Assembly: GCA_030141605.1 (NCBI GenBank)
Contig: JAQGDQ010000482.1
Location: forward strand, 62,001 to 126,000
Length of the DNA stretch: 64,000 nucleotides
Direction of reading: 5' to 3'
From: Tubiluchus corallicola
Lineage: Eukaryota; Animalia; Priapulida
Shown here in pieces: positions 25,816-37,600 of this stretch. Made by a program: the position numbers and the translations under genes. The notes beneath the pieces are model-generated. The model ran no database searches and had not been told where the DNA came from. It saw only the letters and a list, made by a program, of their open reading frames with translations. Within the stretch, counting starts at the first letter, position 1, and every line of letters starts with the position of its first letter.

Positions 25816-27789
25816 GTTCGATATCCAGCCTTGTCTATGAACTGATACCAAACATCAATAGAGTTTTGAAATATATTGACCTATTGAAATATATCTAGAT
25901 AATCTTTAGTTATATAAATGTCTAATTAGTACATTGTAAATCATTTAAATTCATTGCTTGGCTCACGAGGATTTGGCCATAATTCATAGTTGTTAGAAGT
26001 CCGAAGACCCATGACAAGCTTAACTAGTAATTACACTTCGTGTGTGAACAGTATTAGCCCCGTAGCTATTTTCACCTGCGTCGGAAAGCGGCTTTTCCTT
26101 TGATGTTATAATTAGAGTAATCAGAGTAGGTGAGTTTACTCAACTTCCAGTATCTGCAAGGCTAAAAGCAGGGTAAAGTCTTTCAGCAGTGTAGACACGC
26201 ACATAGCTGAGAGATTGATAGTATACTAAGTATGCACTAGTAGATTGTAACTTCTTTTTGGGTATTTAATTTCAGATTGTCAATTAATAATGAGACGAAT
26301 TCACTGTTATTAAATTTTAAAACTAAGCTGAACAAAGAAAGGAATTGTCATAAATTTGGATTCGATCTGGATTTGAACCAGGGGCATTTGGGTTAGAATA
26401 CAGCTGTACTGTCATTTGTTAGTTGGTACTCGGTCCCTTTTGGAACTGTAACGGGGAAGACGAAAAGCAATTTTCGGCAGATTGTTGTTTTGTATTCAAA
26501 CTTGCAATTGTTTTTAAATTTACAAAAATTAAAGTAATTGTTAATGGAGATTGTTTAATTATATCCCCAAAAGACTTTCTATACAAAGTTATGTTACTTG
26601 GCATTATGGTTATCTGCTTAAAAGATCAAGGCCCATGTAATTGGACAAGAAAATTCTTAATTTACAATATTCAATGCCACCTGATAATACGGCACTGCGT
26701 TGCGATCCCAGTGTGCACCACTGGCTCACCAAAAAACACAATATCAATCTTACTGACAATATAAAGTAATTTAACCTTTTACTTGGTAAGTGAAGAGTGT
26801 GCTACGAATGCTCTGATTATCTGAGTACTTAAGTGGTACAATGTGGAAGTACTAATCCCAGGTCATGGGTTCAAGTCCCAACTAGCCCACAATTATTCAG
26901 TGTCTCCTTTCTCCAACTCACTGCCTGCAATGGGTATTAATTGGTAAAATAAACCGCAATGGTTTGTTGAAATTTTGGCAATCACAGTCATAAGTAATTA
27001 ATACTATCTAAACTTGTTTCATATGATTTACCGTTAAAATAGCTGCGTCGAACAGTCATCGCTGGAGTTTAAGTTTACAAGTTTTACACAGCGTTACTGC
27101 CGATGCAGACTCTTTACACAATAAGACAGCATGTCATCATTTCAAGACGAATTTTATAAACTTTCTTTATAAAGAATGTTTTTCTTGTGCTTTAAGAAAC
27201 CTTACGTCCAATTTTTTTTTTTTTTTGATTTTGAGAAGATTTTTGTGTAGATGTCACCTAATGACTCACCTTGCTTTAATATAAGGCTTACTAGATACTG
27301 CAAATGTCTGTTGTAACACAGGAATATTTTGGTGAAAATGTTTTCACTTTTTCGATCGCCCTGTACACCTACACGCTTACAGAAATGCTTTATACATAAA
27401 CTTAATTGATTTGTTGATATCATTACCTCGGGATATTTTTTCTCGCTTGTATGTTTAGGTGTTGACCGGCTGCGTTTGAAAAACATTCCACGAACGTGAG
27501 GGGGGTCTCTATTACACGTGCCATGTGTTTACTCCCCACGTGAGTGTTAAGCCTTGGATGATATACCCCCTGATCTGGGGTGCACTCTCTACAGCTTTCT
27601 GTACTCCCTGGTGTAATAATCGTGTAAAATATTAAAGCAGACACTTGTAAAATTATTAGTGTTATTATAAATTATTAGTAGTTACCATGCTTGCTACAGT
27701 TCGTTAATTAAAACTGTCATCTATGTCCATGGTCATTGTCGTCATTTCTTTTAAATACTAAACTTTTATAATCACATCTGTTGCGGCGC

Positions 27790-28150
27790 GCGTTGCGAGT
27801 TTTCTCTCTGACAACAAACTCGCAAGTGTGAACTGCTTTGCGAATTGCTGCCGGCAAGTTACTGCTGACTGCCCGAGAGTTGGCTGCGAATTACTGTCTA
27901 GTGTGAACGCATCGACGAGTCACTATGACTCTCGACACTTGTAGTACTTAGTGAATCGGGAGTGCCAGCTCACGCACTTTCTGTCTAGTGTGAACGCCTC
28001 GACGAGTCACTGTGACTCTCGACACTTGTAGTACTTAGTGAATCTGGAGTGTCAGCTCCACGCACTTGCTGTCGGAGAGTAACTCGGCAGCAAGTTTTGA
28101 TCAGGCTTGCGAGTTTCTTGACAAGAAAACTCGCTAATCTGAACGCGCCC
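27790..28150 (+). mobile_element. Harbinger-like MITE, related to 50241-50577, with an internal tandem duplication
   Basis: Shares tctgaca(a/g)caaactcgcaagtgtgaac and agtgtgaacgc subrepeats; ends ctaatctgaacgcgccc|tta. Confidence 0.65.
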
Positions 28151-28854
28151 TTAGACTCGATGTGTGTCGCTGTATTAGCGACATTAATTTTTAGCTTTTT
28201 TATGAATTCACATCAACTTTTACACGAGTTTTTTATGGGTTTCTCTGATAAGTCATGCGAGGAACAAGACAGGATTGTCCTCCTTTCGTTAAGAAATTCT
28301 CCTTGCTATTAAAACCTGTGGAAAAAGTGGAATGGAATCATTCCTGCTGTATATAATTGGCACGCGTCCAAAATGCCACGGAAGGGGGTAACTCACAATG
28401 CCCGGAATAGCCACTACCAGCTGCAGTGCTTGGCTTCATTGCATGTCGGATTCGCAGAAACTTTCCAAATTTCCGCTGAAAAAAGTTGTTTTTGGGATCA
28501 GCTAACTATCAAGTTCAAGGACTAGGGATCCTCTCCAAATGGATAACTCGACGAAAAGTTTCTTTCTGAGATGATTCTGATTGTTTTCTTTATAAATACT
28601 AAAACTTTGTAACATATTCTTTTTGGAATGTTGAAACACTATTGACATTAAATTCTTTTATATAATGGCCACACTGTGCTTAATGGACAAAGTTAGCCAT
28701 TATTAGACCTGGTCAGGACTTAGTAAAGTAGGAAACTGTCATTGAAAAAGGATTTCTATGCATCTGAATGTAGCTAGCACATGTTTGCTGGTCAGTTTTT
28801 TCATCTTGACAATTCCTTCTATAATTTTCCAAGTTTGAGTTTTACCACGGTTAA

Positions 28855-29991
28855 AGGGAAAGCCGGACGATTGAATAGACTCGATCTCATTTTAATAAAG
28901 GTCCACTCTGTCAAAATTCACTACTGATTAGCATGATGGAAGAAAGCGGGTTAATTTTTATTAATAAACTTGGGCGTTTAGCGCCACATAGTTATCTTGC
29001 GAAAAACGAAAAAAACGGAAGTGACGTCCCGTAAGGAACGACACTGCGCATGTGTGACTCTCGCTGTATTTACATGTGGGCAAAGTCAAGCGGCATGCCG
29101 GTAATGGAGAAACTGGGGTACTAACTGAAGCATTTTTAATGTTAAGCTCAAATCACAGCTTTGTCCACACTTGAATGCACTATATTTTATAGATGAAGAA
29201 TTTTAGTAACGAAGTACAATGTGTAAAAGTTTTAGCATGACATCACTGATATTTCACACTGTGTTGCATTCTTGTTGCAGTTAATTTTCTGTTTTCTGAT
29301 CATTTCTGTTTTATAAATGTCTCACTGCCGAGTTATCTTTTGCCTATTCGGACATTGCTTCTGACAAAGAGTGATCGTTTTTACATTTGCCAACATATAA
29401 AATTGTAAAAATAACAGTAGATTATTTGGTACGATCGAAAAGAAAAGAACTAGACAATAAGGCAGTAAAGACAGATTTTGTTCCCTGGGCTTTACCGACG
29501 TTTTGAGCCTGTGCAAACCAGGTATTCTGTCTGACACTTGATGAGTTTCAAAAGTGAAAGAAAATGGAAACTGTCCAAATTATACTTTTTCTTGCCTATA
29601 AATGTTAGCAGTTGTTTCTAATAATTGAATAAATACATTTGAATGTTAAATTTAATTAACGTCGACCGTACACTGCTATCGCTTATATCACAAACTAATC
29701 ACAGTTTGTGCAATAGTAGGCATCTTCCTTGAGCATCAAGTACATTGTGCAAGTGAAGATTGTTATATGACCCTGATGTGATGTCACGAAAATGAGCTCT
29801 ACGCCACAGTGACATCACAGACGAACACTACAGTTCACGAATATGCTTATCACTGTAGCACAGCTATTTGTCGGCCACGCGAATGTGACAAAAAAGCTTC
29901 TTTGCCAATCTTAGTGGATTCACAGACGCACTCGTAGCTTTGAAAGTTTAACAAAATTTAACTATCTAAGGTGATTGTTATTCACCCTAAG
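28855..29991 (+). mobile_element. Longer Kolobok-like family A copy, interrupted at its right end
   Basis: TTAA|agggaaagccggacgattg; 29570-29990 is colinear with 14084-14490; about 670 bp of internal sequence is absent from the 14040 copy. Confidence 0.8.
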
Positions 29992-30443
29992 CATTGGCGG
30001 TTTTTTGGGGTGTACTCAAGGGGCCTGGGCCTCCCCTTTACAGTAGCAGTTAGAGCACACCAAGTGAATATTTTCTCTGGATTATAAGCTTTAGAACGTT
30101 TACTAGTAGCATTTAATAACTTATATCGAGTAAAAAGTTCTGCATTAATGATTTCAGTGTAAAAACATTTGTGCCTTTAAGTGATAATTGAAGTTTTTGG
30201 CAAAGATGTCGCTGTGCGCAATTATATGCTATACTAGCGTGTATACTAGTATAATGGTGTGTAATTAAGAGTCACAAGTTTGAGATGACATAATGAGTTT
30301 TAAACTAATGAATTTGCTTAAGGAAATAGTAAGAAAAATGGTCTAAAATGCAGTAAAATGCATTGGTTGCCAGGGTTTCCCAGATTCCCTAGCTGCTTTT
30401 TTGTTGGGCACCACCCTTTTTCCAAAGTCTGTATCCGCCTCTG
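29992..30443. mobile_element. hAT-like MITE nested in the Kolobok-like copy
   Basis: cattggcgg ... tccgcctctg termini (CAGTGGCGGA type), with ctaag on both sides. Confidence 0.55.
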
Positions 30444-30951
30444 CTAAGTTTTATTAAGGATTATATGAATGTACTTGTGATGCGCAAGTATCTGTTTATT
30501 ATGTGGAATAAACTGATTGAAATAATTGATTTATCTACATTTTTTCTACTAATATGTGCGAAACCATGAATCGATGTTAAATCTTTCTTCTCTCTGACTG
30601 GTATTTAAAACACTACTTTTCACTGAATATCGCTTGTCACAAGTCAATAGTGAAACAGAAGAAATGTCATCCATTCACGTTTTAACACCATTTCATTTTT
30701 TACCCGCTAGATGGTAGAACTCGCAAACAAAGCTTTGAAATGCTTGTAGCTGCTTAACATAGAATGTAAGGTGTACTTGCAAACTATTTGTGCTGTCTTA
30801 GTTTATACCATTTCCTAGTATTAAAATAAAAATGTCTAAGAACCAACTTTTTGCTGTCTAAAATATATGCATTTATCCCTATGTGTATCCTTATATGTAT
30901 GTATATAATACTGTTAGGAGGGTAAACATAGCTCCTAGTAAGGGGTGTTAC

Positions 30952-31544
30952 CTAGAACAACTTGCAATAGAATTTTTCTCTTCGGATTCCGTTAGAACAT
31001 GGTTTCAGATATCCTCAACAAAAATCGGCCAAAATCGGTTTTGATACTTTTGATATATACGCGTAAATCCAAGATGGTGGTGCCTACTGGGACCCAAAAT
31101 CAGTTCTATCTTCTAAACCATTGAGCCTAGATGAAAAATGTGTATTACTGACTAATAGGAAAGTGCACCAAAGGATTCGAAAAATGGGTTCTTTCATCTG
31201 TGACGTCACAATACTAATATGACAAAAAATCAATTCTAGTGACCCATTTTCAATGACAGTCAAGCAGTGATGTTCTTAATTATACCAGTATTGTGACATC
31301 ACAAAAACGACTCCATTTTTGGAATCCTCGGGTGCACCTTCATCAGTCATTAATACGTGCTTTTCATCTCGGCTCAATGGTTTACGAGATGTAATTGATT
31401 TTTGGTCCCAGTAGGAGCCATCTTAGATTTATGCGTATATCTCAAAAGTATCAAAGCCAATTTTGACCGATTTTTTGGTGAGTGTTGCTGAAGCCACGTT
31501 CTAACAGATTCTGTAGAGAAAACTTCTATAGCAGTTTGTTCTAG
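30952..31544. mobile_element. About 590-bp fold-back (long inverted repeat) element
   Basis: Arms of about 270 bp: ctagaacaa...ttttgatacttttga...cctactgggacc...gtgacgtcacaatact versus agtattgtgacatcac...ggtcccagtagg...tcaaaagtatcaaa...ttgttctag. Confidence 0.85.
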
Positions 31545-31696
31545 TATCTTTACCCGCCTGTCTACATATTCACATGTTTCTGTAAAGAAAGTCTATTATG
31601 TCGCATTGTTTGTCTACTAGACTGCCATCTATCTGCTGATAACCTTACTAACACTGTATGTTTCAGGTTTACGGTTGCAGCGACTATCCCGCCAAC

Positions 31697-34600
31697 ATGT
31701 ATAAAGTGTTGAACCCGTACGGCACTGGCGGCAGCTACAATAAGTACATCATGGATATTATGAGTATACAAGAATCAAGCAAGTGTAGCAGCAATGTAAG
31801 TTAGTTAATACTAGATATCTCCATGTGGCGGCGCCACTCTTGCGACTTCTTAGTGTAAGGTAAAGATGAGCCTTTGTTTTTGTATCGCAAATTCGGCTTT
31901 TTCCACGAAATTACACCGTCTTCAATGCTGCATCGTGTCCATGATTCTAAAAGAAATCAAAAATATCTGTTGCTTTGTCTAGAAAGCTCGTCTCTTCTTA
32001 ACCACATTATGGTAATCTTGGAAATTCCTTTCCTCTATTTATTTGGTTTGTAGCCACCATTTTGATGTCTTGCTTTGATGGCATGGAGCCTCTGACATTC
32101 TTGGATGGATGTACTTCATCATTTTCTTGAAGTAGGCCTTCAATTCCTCGAGAGTTTGTTACTTTTTAACTCTAGTTAGTCTCACTGTTCGTTCTCGTTG
32201 CCAAAGCTTGTCAAGGACCGTAATTTCGGTTAATTCTGAAACGACATTGGCAACGACCTAGAATGACCGTCATCAGCGAACGTCATCTGCTTCAAGTGCT
32301 TGTTGTAGTTGGTGGTTTCTTCAGTGGTTATGTTTTCATATTTTTGTGACAAATTGTTACAAATAAGTGAAGACAAGTGCAAATTTACAATGAACAATTT
32401 AGCAAATTCATGGAGCAGGATAATTTCATTCATTATCTCTGTTTAATTGTTAAAGTACAAGTTAATCCTACCTTGCGACACGATTTTGCCTAGCAATTCA
32501 AACTTCGTCTGAATCTTATTGGTTCTAATGAATAAATAGAAGAATAATGCAAGTTTAGTTTCTTCATCAATCTCGCTTGAAAAGTTTCTTCCCTTTTGTC
32601 AGTCTTCCCGAGAGATGGTTTTTCCTGTTCGTCAGTCTTCCCAAGAAATGGTTTTTCGAAACGTTTGCAAGCTGAGTAGGACTAAGATGTAAGACCAGAA
32701 ATTCACATGTCGATAAAAATATAATCAGCTAGTAGAACAGGGATGTAACAGGTGCTGAATGAAATGTATTTGTCTTTGAGTGTCCGCTAGGTCAGCAGCA
32801 GTCACAATAAAGTCCATTTCCTCTGACTTTCAGAGATTTCACTGTCTAACTGAAAATTGAGGAATCAATCAATTTTCTTTATTTCGTTTTCCAAATTTCC
32901 AGGAAGAACGTAGTGGAAACAGAGATAATGCATGACAGTTTTACCCTTTGTTTACCCCATTTAGGACACTGTTTATAGATTGCCTGTGCCTGGTGTATTT
33001 CATATTCATTACAAAGTACTCATTTTTAGTAATTTCTTTTATGTACATGCAGTCGTGCATTGTAAACAGAACTTCCCTTCTCTGCAACATGTTTTTATTA
33101 TAGATAGATCTGTGAAAATTGAATGTTCTTGCATGTGGTTTTCATTTCGTAATGTTAAAAACAACAATTTCTACAGTATGTTAAATGCTATGTTTTCATA
33201 CTAAACAGTGATACATTAGTGAAAATCACGTTTTTGAAATCTCGCAATTTTTTTATATTTTGAATCACACAAAAAAGGCTGTTTACACTACGCATTTTTG
33301 CTGTATGTGATCATCCACTACAGGAAGATTAAGAGAAAGTGTTAAACGGAAGAAATTCATGGAATGTATTTCCTCACAATATTTTGACTACACCATATGT
33401 TGGCGTAGGCAATTCCCCAGTAGTGAAAACTAGTAACTGACGGCTTAATTGGTACAATTATTCCGAAATAGCTCTACACTAGGCTGTTAGTTTCAGAAAT
33501 GTATTCTCCGGGAAATGGTGTAATAGTTGTTCACATTTTACGAGCTAGATCTGAAATTAATTGTGTGAAGATCGCATTATCCTCATGTCAACATACGAAC
33601 TGAGACATCTAAATGTACTTTCATACATATAATTTGCAATGTTATGATACCTCAACTCAGAACGAGACCAAAGTTACTTTGAATAGTCCCATTTTATGCT
33701 TAGTAGCCCTGTACAAAGATTGTCGTCTGATTTTAATTTTTAGGTACAATATTTACTGTTATTTGTAACATTAGTGTCATTATTTAACGTGTAAAATTCA
33801 AACTTTCTCCCACGTAATATTAATGAATTAAACACCGAAACTAAAACCTAGACTTTATTACATGGTATCTTACTTTCAATCTTCACCAAAATAAAATTTT
33901 GATACCATGCAGGAATTTATTAAATCTTCAAGTCGATTCAGTAAACGTTAATTCAACATTTTGCAGCATTAAATTGCACTTTTAATGCACTGCCACTGTA
34001 AAAATATAGATATCTAATTATAAATGTCTCAACTCTGTATTAGAGGACTACCATTTCCTAATATAATAGACAGAGTAAGCAAACAATATAATAGACAGGG
34101 CAAGCAAACAGTATAATAGACAGGGCAAGCAAACAGTATAATAGACAGGGTAGCAAACAGTATAATAGACAGGGTAGCAAACAATATAATAGACAGGGTA
34201 GCAAACAATATAATAGACAGGGCAAGCAAACAGTATAATAGACAGGGTAAGTAAACAATATAATAAACAGGGTAAGCAAACAATATAATAGACAGGGTAA
34301 GCAAACAATATAATAGACAGGGTAAGCAAACAATATAATAGACAGGGTAAGCAAACAGTATAATAGACAGGGTAGCAAACAATATAATAGACAGGGTAAG
34401 CAAACAGTATAATAGACAGGGCAAGCAAACAGTATAATAGACAGGGTAGCAAACAATATAATAGACAGGGTAAGCAAACAATATAATAGACAGGGCAAGC
34501 AAACAGTATAAAAGACTGGGTAGCAAACAATATAATAGACAGGGTAGCAAACAATATAATAGGCAGGGTAAGAAAACAATATAATAAACAAAGTAAGCAA

Positions 34601-37600
34601 ACAATATAATAAACAGGGGAAGCAAACAATATAATAGACAGGGTAAGCAAACAATATCATAAACAGGGTAAGCAAACAATATAATAGTCAGGGTAAGCAA
34701 ACAATATAATAAACAGGGTAAGCAAACAATATAATAAACAGGGTAAGCAACTTGAAGTTCAGAGCGGCTATGTTTTTCTAGCTTGCTTGTTTGCTCGTTT
34801 TTCCTCTAAACTCGGATATTTTTGTATAACTCGGATATTAACTGAGTGCCCATACTGCTCATGATGCATACTTGGTTACCAAAGTGATGCAGCATTTGGC
34901 CTGGTTAGTAAATAAATGGAAAACCAGTGGGAAAACTGCTTTCATGGAGTTTCTTCCTAAATATTGTTGACAGATGGTTGCTGAGGCATCCGCTTGTACC
35001 TGAGATATTTCTGTGAATTATATGACTTTTGTTGGCTGTCATGATCTGGGTTCTGGTCCAGCCACAACTAATTTCTGTCAATTGTGTTGTGCACATGATT
35101 TTTGAATATTGTGAAACGTACATGTTTGAGCTATATATATATATATATATATATTATTACTAAAATTTGTTCTACACTTCCTAGAATCTACTTAGTGGTT
35201 TTATAAAATATTGTTTTAGGCTCTTATCTACCAAGATGGATTATTAATATCAGGTTCATTAGAAGCTCTCATTCAGCACTTGGTACCGACTTCCACGTAT
35301 TATCCTGACGTAAGTTAACGTTAGTTTTTCTCACAAGCACGTGACTGTATTGCATACATGTTGTTGTTGTTTTTTTGCCTAGCATTTTGTTACTCATAAC
35401 GGATATCTGACAGCCGAATTTAGCTAAATGAGCTGAAAGTTTGGTTGACTTTGGTAGCTTTTTAGCTGCTGTAGCTGTTAGGTGTCTGCTGTAGGAGTGT
35501 CATTGAAGACTTAGTTTTGTAAAGAAACCAAAAGAAGCCAAATTTAGTTAAATGAGCTGAAAATTTGGTTGACTTTGGTGACGTTTTAGCTGCTGTAGCT
35601 GTTAGGTGTCTGCTGTAGGAGTATCATTGAAGACTGAGTTTTGTAAAGAAGCCAAATTTAGCTAAATGAGCTGAAAGTTTGGTTGACTCTGGTAGCTTTT
35701 TAGCTGTTGTAGCTGATAGCTGTTAGGTGACTGCTGTAGGAGTGTCATTGAAGACTTAGTTTTGTAAAGAAACCAGAAGAAATATGTTCAGCCATTTGAC
35801 ACTACCTTTTTAGCCGGCAGTTGTACGGTGTGTTTCCTTTAGTGTGAATGTTGGATAATTAGCAGGGTAATTAACTAATTTTTCTTCATTTTCAGAGAGC
35901 GTACATCTTCGCGTTTCTGCTGAGTTCTCGGTTGTTTATTAAACCTCATGTACTAATGAGAGAGGTTTGTGAGGTGAGTTGAAGTAAAACTATGTTCTTC
36001 ACTGATATGGCATTTTATTTGCTACATCGGCATTAAATGAGAGTCTAGGCCAACAATAAAAATACTTCTGTTTCTATCTGATTGCCCGGGCAATTTTTTT
36101 TATCGAACCCCTGGCCAGGAATTTTATAATTTTTCTTCTGTGTTCATATACTTGCATGGCACAGTCATTTAAAAGCGTATTTTTTGATTTAAAAAGTATT
36201 AAAATGCATTAATGTATTAACGCATTAATGTATTAAAATGCATTAATCATAACATTGTCATTTCGCCATCGTGTTTCTCTACACAAAACTCTTGGTATTT
36301 CTTACAAGATTTGCGTTCATGCCGAGCAATGTTGCCGTTTATACCATAATTATTGAGACATATGATAATTAAATTCTTCATACCATAGAAAAAAGAGATT
36401 ACATGCTAATTGATAATTATACGATCATTTAGTAATGCAAAACAAAATACAAAAACCATGCAGTGAAAAAATGTGCACTGAAAAAATTTTGAATGTTAGT
36501 GCTTACCAATGAGAAGCAAACAAACTTTGATTTTAACTGAGTTTAAACATTCCATGTTTCAGTTTTAAACATTCGTAAACCTTTTAAAATTTTGTTTACC
36601 TAATTTTTTTCCTCCCTCCCTGCTAACGTTTCTTGGGGTCATGAGGTAGGGCAGAAACAAAATTTTGCTGTGGCCGCCCTAATGAACTTAATGGGTCCAC
36701 ATATTTTGTGAATTATCCGTAAAATAAACAAAAACTTGTTAGTATTGCTAAGATTAGGAATTTTTTCTTACTTAGGTATTTATTAGTTGAACCGAAAGTT
36801 TCAAGTTCAACTATCGTTGCGGTCTTAATTGTTTCGCTGTCCATTTTGCCTATTTTACTATAAAGCAGTAGAACTGCGAAACTAGCAAAAGTGTATTTAT
36901 TTATTTATTCATCCCGAATCACTCCAAGAACTTTACACTGACTCACTAAGATGAGTCGCTGAGCTGTCTTGTTGTTTCTAAAGTTAAACAGCACTATGTC
37001 TTATTAGTAACTGGATGGGCAAGCTTAACTGTTGGTACCCTGTTTACGATGAGAGATATTTTTTGTGGATAATCTTGCTTTTAACTAATTTAAAATGGCT
37101 CAAAATAGAAACAATGCCCATCATGATTTAATTTATTAAAATTTGTGTCAATTTTTCCAGCAGAAAATTTTGAGCATGTACCGTAATGATAATCCTTGAC
37201 AATGTCTGCCATTACAGATTTGTTCTACACAGCAAAACCTAACCAACGGACTTATTCGTGACGGCCTGGGCAAGTTTGGTATTAATATGGTCGCTCTTTT
37301 AACGTAAGTATTTTTTATGTAATACTGGGTTTGTAATACACAGTTACTGTTTTTTATACCCTCTACTTTGGGACGGACTGTAAAAAACTCGACATTAAAC
37401 AAGTTCGGCATTATAACGATGCGCATTAATACGCTCATGCCTAAGCAAATACTAAATTTATCGTATTTTGTTTTGTCAAAAATTTGAACGTTAACCAAAG
37501 TTGGTGTTACAACAACTTTTGACTAGAGTTACATGAGAACATCAAGTACAAAAAATGAATGAAATGTTGTTACTAAATTCATTATTCTTCATAATCAGTT

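Noticed and set aside
34029-34700. Three overlapping 200-aa hydrophobic/Cys-rich ORFs
   Set aside because: All three minus frames are open because of the 24/25-bp array; the unit derives from a plus-strand splice junction.
36046-36681. Possible old TIR element (taggccaac...ggccgcccta)
   Set aside because: Ends too degenerate and no second copy in the window.
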